Shown: positions 25,231-38,625, counted from the stretch's first letter. The stretch: DNA of 64,000 nucleotides from Lytechinus pictus (GCF_037042905.1 NC_087246.1:51088001-51152000); one strand, 5' to 3'. Translations and numbers: made by a program. The notes: a model not told the origin generated them from the letters alone.

Positions 25231-27900
25231 ACTATAGATCTGTCAATGTCATGTCTATGTCTATGTTAGACTTAGTCAATTGAACCACATTTCTCCTTTC
25301 TTCAAATTTATGATAATTACAAGCACGTGTGTACTACAACCAGGTGCATACTTCCTTGCATTTATATAGATCTAGGCCTACATGTAACAGACTTGTAATC
25401 ACGCTACTCACCGGCAGGCCGAAATATGTGGTGGAAACAATTTCCGCTTTCGTTTCGTTCTTCACTTCTGGCAGTTCTGCAGCACGCACGTGTCGATCTT
25501 CAACACAATATATGGCCGTTTTATGACACAATTCATGTGCCAAATACAACACACTTAGGCTGGCATAAGCAGAATAATCCAAATCAATATCTGAGAAACT
25601 ACTCCTTGCCCTCCTCCTTTTCTTATCGTCGTTCTTGGACAAATTTTGTTCTCAAGCAAGCAGTTCAGCTCGCTGATAAAAATACTACGCATATGGCATG
25701 TCAACAATATGTTCCCACAAAAGCGCGCGCCGGAGATTTCATTCATTCATTTAGGCCCTGGCCTAGCCCTCAATATTTTTTTATGGTGTGATGCTGTATG
25801 AAAATCTGTATATTTCGTTGTATTTTTAGCTATTTCAAATCTATATCTTCTCCTGATTTTAAATAGGATTAAATTATTATAGATAATTTATTTCAAATAC
25901 TTCTTTACTTTGATATATATTCTAGATATTCGTAAAACAAAATGCGAGGAAACCCCAGGATAACCCTTATCCAAATGGATTCGTCCATCCTACTTCCCGA
26001 TTGCTAAATTAACGGCGGGATCATTGAGTAATCAACATGCCTGCACCTACGTCACAAAGCAAATACATTACGAGCCAAAATTCCGCTACAATTGCACGTG
26101 GTATAATGTTTTGTTCGTATACAGTACAGACGAACATGAATATAATGTAAGTAGGTCCATGGTTATACACATTATTTGCCTGCGTATACTGAGGTCGATG
26201 ACCTTTGACTAAAATACAGTAAAAACAAAACATCGCACACGGTAGACATAATTAATAGGTCTTCTCATGGGCGGAAATCCCAGGGGGACGTGTCCCCCCC
26301 CCCCCCCCGGGGTCCCCCCTACTATTTGTGAAATACATCATTCAAAATCGAAATAAAACATGTATTTTAGGACGAGATGACCTTACTTTTGGGATGATAA
26401 CCCTTTTTTTTTTTGCTTGTCAAATTTATTTTCGTCGAAATGACCTAAAATTTGGGGTGATAACCTTTTTTTTTCCCAGCCCCTTGTCCCCCCTACCTTT
26501 TGGAAGGGATTTCCGCCCTAGGTCTTCTACAGGTCCTGAAACATAAATTCCTTTCAAACGGGAGACAGTTTGGTGGTCACTTTATAGGACAGGTTTCAAT
26601 CACAGGCATTTAGCAGCCACTTATCCGGGCCACTTATCCTCAGTTTTCCAAGGAGCTTTCGGTTTTTCAGTTCAGTTTTAGTTTTACGTATAGCAGCAGG
26701 CGCGGTTCTAGGGGGGGGGGGGGGGTATAGACTAAAAATTTTGGTGGGGATTCTGTGAGCTTGTTAAATTTTCAACGTTGGTTCATTCAATAAAGTATGA
26801 TGGGCAGCATTTTGTGTGCCTTGGAGATTAATGTTCTAATTACCATGCGGCTAGGCCTCGATCCGCTCACCCCCATGCACCGGCCCTAATATTATGCAAG
26901 GGAGCTTATTAGCGACCTACCCCCAAAAAAAAAATCACATATATTCAAAATGCTTGATAATGATGGTTGTTGGTGTTATGATGGTGTTATATGATGTTGA
27001 TGAGGGCAAGTGATTTCACTTCACGATAACTGAGGGACATCATGAAGAATGAATGTTACTCTTTCCAGACTTTTCACAGGGACTTTTCATTTATTTATGT
27101 CGGGAGTGAGCTGGTTCTTTCGAGTAGATTCTGACAATTAAAACGACGCACTCTGCTCAAGCAAAAGAATAAAATGTGAAATTGTGGGGGTCAGTTTAAA
27201 ATGATTTTTTTTTAGGACCGACGTGATAGGCGTTCACGAGTATATGGTGGCGCTCTTCATAAATTTCTTCGAGGGAATGCAGCAGAGCTTCAGCCGTGTT
27301 ATCGCAATTTCATTCATGTTGACAGAAAATGTGGCATCAGCCGTTCGAATATCCAATGCCCGATCCAATGGTCAACATTTTGTTTCTTATCGTAATGCAT
27401 TTAGCTGATCTCTTCCGAATTTCAGTTTGCATATGGCGGCTTCCAAATAAGAAGAACAGAATAAATTATAATGAAGATAGATAAAGTCTAGATCTCGTGC
27501 TGGCTATTCCGGTGGCTATTTGAAAATGCTTTTGTAAATTCCAAGGAGACGTGTCACGTCCGTGGAGGGTGCGTTCGTTTTTCATTTTCTAAAGGGATAC
27601 CCCCTACGAAATTTGAAAGAACGGAAAAGATATGACAATTGATTAGTAAACTCACTCAGGCATCCACTATTTAAGCCGTAGGCTAGTCTGTTGTGCAACC
27701 ATTCACTCGAGTTAAGTTAATTTAAGGGTCTGAATATGCAGCCTATCTCGCAAACAGCAAGTTTTTTATGTGCTAGTCTTTGCGTGGAGACACACTTGCT
27801 GATCAATGTTTCAATCAGGGTCTGTGCCGGCAGACTAGCCGTAGGCCTAAGCGGGCCTAAGCTAGCCTACTTGCTCCAAAATACATTTTCACTGATTTAA

Positions 27901-29155
27901 AGGTCAAGTGCACCACAGGAAAACGTTGATTTGAATAAATATAGAGAAAAATCAAACTAGTATATAACGCTGAAAATTTCATCAAAATCGGATGTAAAAT
28001 AAGAAAGTAATGACATTTTAAAATTTTGCTTTTTTTCAACTATAAAGAAAAACAGTGATATGCTCAACTCACTGACAAGCAAATGAGGTAGTCGATGATG
28101 TCCCTCACTCACTATTTCTTTTGTTTTTTATTGTTTGAATTATACATATTTATTTAATTTTTTACAAATTTTACAATATGGACCAACTTGACTGAACCAT
28201 ATAGTATTAAACAATGCTAATTCCATTATGTTAAGGGAGGAATTATTGTTGTTTCACTTGACCTATGAGGAGAAAATAAGAATATTTCATATTTCATATA
28301 ATAAAATACAAAAGAAATAGTGAGTGGATGATGTCATCAGTCTCCTCATTTGCATACCGACCAGGATGTGCATATAACTGTTTTGTGAAATTAAGCGAAA
28401 ATAATACAAATAATTACATGATAAATTAATTCAATTTAAATAAAAGCATGAACAAAATTCAACATTGAATAAATAATATACATATTCAATAAGTGATTCA
28501 AATATAAATTAATATGCATGTCAAATTTAAATCAATATAATCAATATAATTAAATATAATTAAATCAATATAATCATATATGAGAAGAATGGAGGGGTCC
28601 ACTGAAAAGCAAAGCTTGTAAAATGTGTACCCCTCAAAAAGTTAGGATAGAAAGAATATTGAAATATACATAAAGGAGTACATGAAGATAACGAAAGGGG
28701 CAAAAAAAATCTTGTATAACGGGATTGTGAAATTCAGAGACAAAAGACAATTCAATTCAATTCAATTCAATTCAATTTATTTTCATTCTTCAACATAATA
28801 CAAATAATTACATGATAAATCAATTCAATTCAAATAAAAGCATGAACAAAATTCAACATTGAATAAATAATATACATATTCAATGATTCAAATATATTTA
28901 AATCAATATAATCAATATAATTAAATATAATTAAATCAATATAATACAATAACACGACACAACACAACACAGGTAATGAGGGTGGACAATAGTACGATGA
29001 CAACTGCCTAGAATATAGAAAGAAAAATAGAGATAGGGAGAGGGATGCATGCTATTTTTATTTTACATCCGATTTTGATGAAATTTTCAGCGTTATGTTT
29101 GTTGGATTTTTCTCTTTATATTCAAATAAACTTTTTGTTGGGGTGGACTTGTCCT
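27901..29155. mobile_element. Kolobok-type MITE family C interrupted by a LINE 3'-end insertion (~28400-29055)
   Basis: TTAA|AGGTCAAGTGCACC...GGGGTGGACTTGTCCT|TTAA. The insert has a (TTCAA)n tail and a ~150-bp tandem duplication (28401 vs 28796). Confidence 0.82.
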
Positions 29156-29854
29156 TTAATTACCTACATGCATGCACAAGTGTAAAACTGCAATATGCCC
29201 CAAACTTGCTACTGAATCAATAAAGGTAAAAGGTATATCACCTAGAGGCAGCGATCCTGGGGAGGGCGGGGGCACACTGCCCCCCCCCCCCTTGAAGCAC
29301 TGAAAACATGTTCATGCAAGAAACTATGCCCCTCACGGACGTGTACTGTGCCCCCTTTCACCTGAGGAGGACCCGTTTAGGTGTTACTAAGTCTAAGTGC
29401 CCTTTCTCGTATATAGGCCTAATAGTGCCAATATTTACACACAAAAAAATGCCCTCTCGAATGTTTTCTGTGCCCCTTTCTCCCCACTTTCAACTTCGCT
29501 CCGCCGCCCCTGATATTATACCTCTTTAATTCCTCATATTACGTATGCTATTTTGTTATTTATAGACTCTTGAGTTATTGTTGTAGCTACTGTAGATGGT
29601 ATAAGTTTAGTTTACTATATTTCATTGTAAAGCGCATTGTAATTATTGCAATTATTATGCGCTTAATAAATCTAACATTATCATCATTATTATATTTACA
29701 TATTGTTTCGTTTCTAAAAGAGGGCACTGAGCCCGAGGTGACTACCACAAATAAATCTTGAAATAGTGATATACCTCATGATGTTTTCTCTCTGTAATGG
29801 TGTGAGGCCAAATGGAGGAGAGATGTATTTCACATATGTCCGAGTATTATACCC

Positions 29855-30123
29855 CTATACATGACGTCATCGTTAGGATAAGTTAGTTTTTACTTTCATA
29901 ACATTAACCCCGCCTGGTGGATCGAGACTAGGCGGCTACCCTCTGATCGAGGTCAAAGGTCATTCACGTGTATATTATAGCGCTATATTATAGATAACGG
30001 AAATGTAATTTTACCATCCGGCTTTACCGGCACCAGCTGAGATGAGCGCCTACTTGGCCACATTTATCTGTTTATAAGGCAATTTCTGTTTGAAAACATC
30101 GATCGATATACACTATCAGTATC
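29855..30123 (+). promoter_or_regulatory. Probable PIGO promoter / 5'UTR
   Basis: Full CRE TGACGTCA (29862-29869), DR1 AGGTCAAAGGTCA (29950-29962), E-box CACGTG (29965-29970) and an ETS-like CGGAAAT near 29998, all just upstream of the ATG. Confidence 0.5.
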
Positions 30124-30908
30124 ATGGCATCTACAAGGATACTTTTCTTCATGCTCATCTGGTTTGCCTTGCTGTACTTTGGAGGAATGTATCTTTTCAC
30201 GAAAGGTTTTCTTTTAACTCGAATAGAGATTGCTGAAAAGAGCGAGAGCGTGTGTGGTAACTCCGCCAGAGCTCCAGGCGCGGGACATGGCAGTGGTCCG
30301 GGTGAAGCCGCTGCGGATTCGTGCACCCATGTTCGATTCAAAAGAGCTGTAGTATTGCTTATTGATGCTTTGAGATACGACTTTACACTGTTTAACACGA
30401 GCCTCCCATCATCAGAAGCTGCTCCTTTTCAAAATAAAATGCCAGTAATTCATGAAACGGTTACAAACTTTCCCGAACAGTCCATCTTGTTCAAGTCGCT
30501 AGCTGATCCTCCTACCACAACTTTACAGAGACTGAAAGGTATCACAACTGGTAGTCTTCCAACATTTGTAGATGCCGGACAAAATTTTGCTAGCTTTGAA
30601 ATATCAGAGGACAACATCGTTGACCAACTTGTGCAAGCAGGAAAGAGAGTCACATTCATGGGTGACGATACATGGATGACGCTCTTCAACAAGAAATTTA
30701 ATAAAGCATTTCCCTTTCCTTCTTTCAATGTTAAGGATTTGCACTCTGTGGATGAAGGAATTCTGACTAAACTGCTACCTGAAATTAGGAAGAAAGACTG
30801 GGATGTGGTGATCGCTCACTTCCTCGGCGTGGATCACTGTGGTCATTCTCTTGGTCCGTACCACCCTTCGATGGGGAAGAAATTGACCCAGATGAACTCT
30901 GTGATTAA
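30124..30908 (+). CDS. PIGO: GPI ethanolamine phosphate transferase 3 (PIG-O), exon 1
   Basis: N-terminal TM segment, GFLLTR, LIDALRYDF, ADPPTTTLQRLKGITTGSLPTF, FMGDDTW and AHFLGVDHCGH are PIGO/Gpi13 motifs. AA|GTAAGA donor. Confidence 0.97.
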
Positions 30909-31136
30909 GTAAGATTATTGTTTAAGGCACTTGGACTGGATCCATATTATCTAAAGTTTGACTCATTGCATTTTGATTCTTAGACTAAATAATGGTATTT
31001 TCACAGTAATCTTTACTTCTTTAGGTCTACTGAAATTTCTCAAAATTGTAAGTCTTTTAAATAATGTCAGGGTTGATAAAGATTTTCCAAATAGTTATTT
31101 CTGTATACATGTAGTCATTCCATAACAGCTTATTAA

Positions 31137-31730
31137 AGGGATGGTCCGGGCTGAAAGTATTTTTAGCTTAATAAATACAGTAGAATTCACTGAGCAAAAT
31201 GCCGAAAATTTCATCAAAATCGGATTTTAACAAATTATAACAAAGTTATTGAATTTTAAAGTTTAGCAATAATTTGTGAAAACAGTCATCATGAATATTC
31301 ATTAGGTGGGCTGATGATGTCACATCCCCACTTGTTGTTTTGTATTTTATTATATAAAATTAGGTTTACCGGTATTCAAATTTTTTCCTCCAAGAACTAG
31401 AAAAATTGGATTGACACATGATTTAGTGCATTAGATATTCATTGCTGCAACTTATTTTATTATAAGGGAGACATATTATTCACACAAGTATGAAATAATG
31501 AAAAAAATATGATATTATGTAATAACATAAGAAAACGGAAAGTGGAGATGTGACATCATCAGCCCACCTAATGAATATTCATGACGACTGTTTTCACAAA
31601 ATATTGCTAAACTTTAAACTTCAATAACTTTATTATTTGTTATCCGATTTCGATGAAATTTTTGGCACTTTGCTCAGTGAATTCTACTCTATGTATTAAG
31701 ATATAAATATTTTCAGCCCGGACCATCCCT
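31137..31730. mobile_element. Kolobok-type MITE family B, copy 4 (PIGO intron 1, inverted relative to copy 1)
   Basis: Perfect TTAA TSDs and AGGGATGGTCCGGGCTGA TIRs. Confidence 0.9.
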
Positions 31731-32554
31731 TTAAATCAATCACACATGTTATGATGTTTCAATTACACAAAAATTACTCCAAATGTAACTGAAGATATAT
31801 ACATACATGTACTTTTGTTCTGGGGGAAAAACCCCAAAGAATTGGATGATTCTCCCATTTCCAACAATTGGTATATATTGTTGGATTGATTCAAATCCCT
31901 TATAAAAGAGAAATTTTTAGTGTAATTGTCAATACTTGTAGCCCTTAACTTACAATGTAAATTAAGACAATTGGTACTTTTGTCATAATACTCCACTCAG
32001 ATGAGGTACAATTCTTGCAGACTGATCAATGAATTGAAGTGCCTGCCCCTTATTTAACACCCATGCTAAATTGCAGAGTATCAGAATCGTTTCTTATGTA
32101 CAGAAAATGAAAGCCAATTATCAGGCCTTAAATTTCAATACTTTTGAGGCAAGGCCTTGTACCTTATATTATAGTCATATTACATATATAATCATTATCC
32201 CTAAAGACCTCGACCACAAGTTCCCTTTCCGTAAGTCCTCCACCAGCATTGGATGTTACCGTATTCAGTGCTGACAAGAGTGGTGATATTATTCTTTTAA
32301 GTTTAAGGTTTTGGAAGTAATGGTTACCGTTGTGAGGCCCTTTTTCTATCTGGCAAATTTCTGTGAATACAGTACATATATGAAAAAATGAAAACAAAAA
32401 AAAACCCTGACATAACCAAGGCCAATGGGAGGGATTGCAAGGTCAGTCAATGAGGCGCCCACTGCCATGGTCTCCAATGGCCAGGGATTGATGAAAGCCC
32501 TGCTTTATTATTACTGATAATCAAAAGTATTTTTGTCATTGTATTTGATAACAG

Positions 32555-32720
32555 ATCTGTAATGCAGAGCTTGGAAGATGACACCATCTTGTTTGTTCTT
32601 GGTGATCACGGAATGACAAAATCAGGAGATCATGGGGGAGACACTCCAGAGGAACGCTCTTCTGCAATTTTCATGTACAGTCCAAGGAAGATCTTTGCTA
32701 AGAGGGATATCATGGCCAAG
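32555..32720 (+). CDS. PIGO: PIGO exon 2
   Basis: LFVLGDHGMTKSGDHGGD metal-binding motif. CAG acceptor and AAG|GTAGGT donor. Confidence 0.96.
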
Positions 32721-33200
32721 GTAGGTTGTCTTTCTGTGACTGCTTTTTGTATTCGTAATCGTAAGAAAAAAAAAAACCAGGTAGCTGTTTGAAAATGCAG
32801 TTAATGTAATCTTTAAGCTGAGTGCAACACAGTCTAACATTCATTTTCCTGATCTTTGTATTGAAACCATTTCCCTGAAAGCATTCTCCTGATTATCAAC
32901 TTAAGGAAGAGTGGATCATCAGCCCCTTCTTCAGACATGAAATAAATAAATAAATACATACTGTACATGAATAACGTATATCAGGGAGTAGTTTTAGAAT
33001 GCAATGCAAGGTGATTGTTCACTTTTAGGATGAGACATCAGATGTATAATGAGAAACTGTACCCAATTTCATTTCATTGTCAATTACTCAACGATACTGT
33101 AGCTCTACTAAAATTCAACCTTCACTGTCATGTGGTCTGTTTAACAGGTGGTCACTAATGTAGATTAAACTCTATTGGTTAAATTTATTTCTGTTTACAG

Positions 33201-33413
33201 AGGATACCTGATGTTGTCTCTCAGATTGACTTTGTACCAACCCTCTCCCTTCTGCTGGGTGTCTCGATCCCATTCTCAAATCTTGGAGCAATCATTTCTC
33301 CTCTTTTCTCAATTGGTCCACCATCAGTACAAACTACTAAAGCACCCAGCTCTCCAGACAATCAACAGTATATAAAACATAGATTATTTGCATCTAGAAT
33401 CAATGCCAAACAG
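33201..33413 (+). CDS. PIGO: PIGO exon 3
   Basis: VSQIDFVPTLSLLLGVSIPFSNLG. CAG acceptor and CAG|GTAGGT donor; 213 nt, phase 0. Confidence 0.95.
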
Positions 33414-33963
33414 GTAGGTTGATCAAAAGATTCATATTGGAAGATTATCAGTTATGCATGCAGGCACCTTTAAGACCTCAACTAATACTCCTTTTGCTTG
33501 GAATAGCTCAAGGAGAACAGTAAAATTCATGGGGTATTGCAGATGCAAACATGTTCTCCAGGTGATGCTCTGAATAGATGACTTGTCAGTCTTGAAATAT
33601 AATTATCTGTAAAACTTGAATGGAATCATATATTTAACTCTTGACATAGTAAAGGTGAATGCCACTTGTAACGATTTAAAAATGAGTTCGTACAGAATCC
33701 AGTAAAATGACCACCCAAGTGTATGTATGTATGAATTGAAAATATGCATTATATGTCAAAGGATTCTGGAAGAATCTTTCTCATGAATCAAGTGTTTACT
33801 GCAACTGATTTTACTTATCTTAAAACAGGACAAAATTATCAAAGAGACCTTTGAAAGTCATTTTCTTGCAACTCTGAAGTGGATGCTTTTTCTCTTCAAA
33901 ATCCTAATTGCTGCAAAGAGATATTAGGAATGTCTTTGCTTAATATTCTTGCTTTTTTTCTAG

Positions 33964-35578
33964 ATTCATCATTACATTACAACCTACAACAAAGTAGCTG
34001 GGGATTTCCCTGCGGAAGTTTATTCCCAGCTAGAAACTCTTTATCAGAAAACAGAAGATCAGATGGACCTCTTGGAAGCTCTCATGGCTGCAGAATCTAT
34101 GTCGGCAGTCACAGAGGAGTCTCTACTTGACTTGGAAGAACACTTCCTGGAGTACATCCTCGGTGTCAGGGAGATGTGTCGTAGTGTATGGGCCAAGTTT
34201 GAGATGGTCTTTGTCTATCAAGGACTTGGTCTTATGATACTGACCATCATGATGGGTGTGTCGATCGTCACCTTGCAACATTATACTGAACCAGAAAAGA
34301 TGGATGATCTTCTGCAGAGTCTGATCAAGCAGCTAGTCACCTGGACAGTGTGTGTTAGTGTTTCTGGCTTTCTGCTCTCACAGAGTACCATCTTGTCAAC
34401 AGCCACTTGTCTGATCTTCATCCCAGGTTTCACATCGATTCTCATCATGATGCTTCAACTGTTTTTAGAAGTGTCCAATATCAGTGTGTCCAGGTTATTG
34501 GGGTCTTTAACATTTACATCTGTATTTAAAGCCTTATTAGTAATATCACCAATAGTTTTGCACAGTGCTTTCCTTACATCTAATAGTCATGTTATCAATG
34601 AGGGACGAGCAATAGTGTTCTTTGTACAATCAATATTAACATTTTACGTGTTAGTGTTTTCACTTCAAAACTACAAGTCATTTTATTCAGAAAAAGAACA
34701 TGGATATATGAAGAGTAACTTCAGATTAAAAAAGTTTATATCAAGTCCAGCTATGCGTATGATCATGCTTGGACTGGCAGCGTTAGTGTGTGTAAGATGT
34801 AGTAGTTTGTTTGTCTCCTGCCGGGAAGAGCAGTATTGGTGCTCTCCCTCAGATTTCCTTCCACCATTATCTCTCATACCATCGGAACAGTCCAGTTTAC
34901 GGAGCTACCGATTCTTACTTTCTATTGGCTCTGTTGCGGCTATTCCATCTGCCCTCATCTACCACCTGTCGCAGCAAGGTAACTTGAGTAACCTGTCAGG
35001 ACAGGTGTACTCCATCCGCTATGCAATCCCTCTAGCCAGTGTCTGCATCTGTATGTTCTGGGGACAACAGGCACTTCCTGAGAAGCTGCGAGAACAGTCT
35101 CCAGAATGGCAACAGGTAGTATTTCCTCAGGTCGCATACGTTATGATCGCAGTAGCTGTCATCCTGCAGTGGGGATTTCCTCTAAACCTTCTCCTTGTGA
35201 GGAGACCATCCAAATCTACACAAGGAATCCTTTCCCAGAGTGATGTCTCAGTGCACTCAGATGAAGATACAGTTTCTGAATTCGGTGATACTGCTAATAA
35301 AGGAGTCTCAGAACGTTCTAAATCTTCAAGGACTGCTGAAGACTCTGACACTGAGGAGCAACCCCCATTGGTGTATGGACTTGGAACAGTCTTCAGTGCC
35401 ACGTATTTGCATATTCTTGTCTCAATGGTTCTCCTTTTATCTCTCCTGAATGCGGATGGCATAGCCAGCTCTATACTCCTTATGGTGGTTGAGATGGTTC
35501 TTTTCTTGGAGATTTATGCTGCTACAAGGAGAAAGCAATTGACTGCACTAAGAGCAATGCCAGAATTGTATAAAATGG
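33964..35578 (+). CDS. PIGO: PIGO exon 4 (large multi-TM exon)
   Basis: TAG acceptor in frame with the 507-aa ORF. Contains CRSVWAKF, SNSHVINE and CREEQ, typical of PIGO. G|GTGAGT donor. Confidence 0.95.
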
Positions 35579-36097
35579 GTGAGTAAATCTCATGCACATT
35601 TAAATGATAGAGTTTTGTTCAGTCCTTCATATTGAAACAAATATAAAACAAGGAACTCTGGTGCCTTTATCATTAGTTTGCCCCGAATAGAGAAACAAAC
35701 AATGAATTATATTATGTACTGTTATACAAATGCAGATAAATTTACATATAGAGAACAAACAGTTTAGTTTTGTTTTGGGGCTCAGATAAGATTGACATTT
35801 GCTTTTTGACTTGGTGTAGCTGATCCACTTTGGTTTATTTTAACTACAAATGTGTCTCAGGTAAAGTTCAAAATGTGGTTTGCTGTGTTATAGATGAAGT
35901 GTGAACACCAAACAGACATTTTAATATGCACATAATTCAGAAAGTAATTAATGAAAAAAATACATACTAACATGTGGATAAATATTTCTTGCAAATCAAC
36001 ACAAAGTTGAGTTAATTTATAATGAAAACTACTATTTGAAGTATAGTTGATTCCAGTTTTCATTTTCAATCTTCCTATATTTTCCCAATTTGACTAG

Positions 36098-36294
36098 GAT
36101 TCTATGTAGTCCCATGGTATGTTATAGGTGTCTGGTCCCTCATTGCATCACAATACTTCTTTGCTACTGGACACCAAGCTACATTCACCGCTATCAAGTT
36201 TGAATCAGCTTACGTCGGATTTAACAGTGACTTTCCTCGCTACCTCTACTTCATTCCAGCTACATTAGTCAGTCTCAATACATTTGGCTCACAG
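36098..36294 (+). CDS. PIGO: PIGO exon 5
   Basis: YFFATGHQATFTAIKFESAYVGF (conserved TGHQ motif). TAG acceptor and CAG|GTATGA donor. Confidence 0.95.
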
Positions 36295-36831
36295 GTATGA
36301 TTAATGTTCTACTCCTTTAAACAAATCCCCTAGAATATAAATTACACTGAATGTTGAATTGTAGGAAGGCAGAAAGAACTATTATTTAATCCAAACTTCA
36401 TTTGGTCCTTACTTGGGCCTCTTTCCAGTGTTGTTGATTGAATTCATTCTTTGTTCCAGTTGAATAAATATCTAAGATTGATTTAAATAAAATCTTATGA
36501 TTTGCATAAGAGTACCTTTAATATCCCAGAAATGCCTAAATGTGTGTCAGATCCCCCCCCCCCCCCCCCCCCCCCCCCCGCTCCTGGAAAAAAAATCCAC
36601 AATGATGAGGAAAAATTGTGTAAATGCATAAAGCCAACTGCAGTTTACCAATAATTTTATTGGAAATTGTAGAGGAAAAGAAAGAAACAAAGAATCTTAA
36701 GTTAACTAGAACCGTGCTCAAGATCAAGCCCATAACCTTTCCATGCCAAGTTGGATTGGTTTAAATTTATTGTGGCATGTGTTCAAATGATCTGATCTGA
36801 AAATTCTATATATGTATGTTTCTTGTGAAAG

Positions 36832-37020
36832 ATTTTCTTTGCTGCCATGCTTCCTCTGATTCTCATATGGCCGTTCACACGTGGTCTCTGGGTGACAGGG
36901 AATAAAGTCGTCACTGAGGATGAACAACAGGGAGAGCTCAATCTTCATACTAACTCAGATCAAGCTATGAGGGCGCTGTTTCAGATATCTACCATGTTCC
37001 TGATCTTCCAGGCTTGTGAT
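36832..37020 (+). CDS. PIGO: PIGO exon 6
   Basis: IFFAAMLPLILIWPF...FLIFQACD. AAG acceptor and GTGAGT donor; 189 nt, phase 0. Confidence 0.9.
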
Positions 37021-37790
37021 GTGAGTATTCCCCCTTCCCCAGTAAGACATAATTGTACCTAACTTGATTGAACTCACTGAAGAATTATTTGACAGATCAA
37101 CTTTAAATTTGGTCCTAGTACTCATATAGAAATGTAAATGATCTGAGTAGTTAGGGAGGCATCAAAGGTCACAGGTCATTATTTATGTAACAGAAATATC
37201 TCATTCTCACATAAATTTAAAGAACTATTTGAGTGTTCAACTTCAAACTTGGTTCATGTATTTATGGGAGTGCCAATGATCTTAGCTTTTTTTTTTTGGG
37301 GGGGGGGGATCATGAGGTCAGTGTACGCATTACTTAGAATATATTATTCTCGCAATTACTGAAGTACTGTTTAATCGATCAACTCAAGTTTGAATAATAG
37401 AGGCCATTGTATACATTAAAAATATCCCTTTCTAACTTTGATTGATTGAGGTATCAATTTCAAACTACTCAAAACAGCAGTGTCGTCCTGGAGTCTGGAC
37501 AAACAACATATTTGCAATTTTTCTTTTTAGGACGATATGCTGTCCCGGTTGCGTGTTTTTTTTTTCCGTACCGCTAACGCGTCATATTCTCTAATTTAAT
37601 GCCAAAGTGCGACTTGAGCAGAGGCCGTTATCTGTCTACAAATGCCTCAGCTATCTCCATCTCGCGTGTGTGCTATACAAAAGTACCTTAGCTAGCTACA
37701 TGTAGGCCTATCTTCGAGTTCAACTACGTCATAGATACATTCCTCTCTATTCCTGAGTTGATATTGAAATTAGTATAACACTGCCCTTAA

Positions 37791-38314
37791 AGGGGAAGTT
37801 CAGTATATGGGGTAGAGGGTGCTTCAGGTTGATAACTACTTCGGGAGGGAGGATGAAAACTACCATGGGTATTGAAGCAGAACTATCATCTATTAAGAAA
37901 TATGCCTTTGGTTTGAAGAAAATCTGTTCAGAAATGGCTGGAATATGAAGAAAAAACTACTGTAATTAACAGTTGGGTATACCCGACAATAATTACAATA
38001 TGAAAATAACCATTATTTACATGCTATGCGCTGATTGGCCTATTTTGGGGTAATGCATATGTTTGAATTATGTTAATTTGTCATTAGCGATCAAGAACTT
38101 ATGGACTAGCTATCATCCTTATTTTGGGAGAATTTTTTTTAACCGATTATAATTATAATCGATTGTTAATTAATTTAATCAAATTCATCTCTAATAGCGT
38201 AAAGAAGCAATCTATTTTTTTATGGTTTCTGAAATTGCTAAATAATATTCCACTCCATAAAAATGCAATGTTAGCATGATGGTTGAAAAATCAAAACCAC
38301 TATGATCTACCCCT
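37791..38314. mobile_element. TTAA-flanked Kolobok-like MITE
   Basis: TTAA|AGGGGAAGTTCA ... TGATCTACCCCT|TTAA. Confidence 0.6.
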
Positions 38315-38464
38315 TTAAATTATGAGATCTGAGACAATACATAGAGCAGATTATTTACTATGGGTAGTTTAGTTTTTGTTTCTAAGTATATATATAGAAT
38401 AAATCTGCACGAATTTGGAGATTGGGAAGGGCTTTTTGCAAACTACCACTACAATACACCCCAA

Positions 38465-38570
38465 TTTATCCTCATTATCAGGTCCTTCGGAGAGGACCTT
38501 AAGCCGTCGGTCCCCTGGTTGCTTGCCACAGACATTCGTGCTTTCTTAGCAGTCAGGTAAAAACCTCGAT
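38465..38570 (+). mobile_element. 5'-truncated SINE family 1 fragment
   Basis: ATTTATCCTCATT...GGAGAGGACCTTAAGCC...CTTAGCAGTCAGGTAAAA matches the 3' half of the full copies. Confidence 0.85.
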
Positions 38571-38625
38571 ATAAATATAATTATTATACATGTGTACTCG
38601 TGTCAATATAATGACTGCAATCACT

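Noticed and set aside
25520-25570. THAP-domain start (PKCVVFG) of a decayed transposase
   Set aside because: It needs a frameshift, stops immediately, and lacks the downstream W, C and HF residues.
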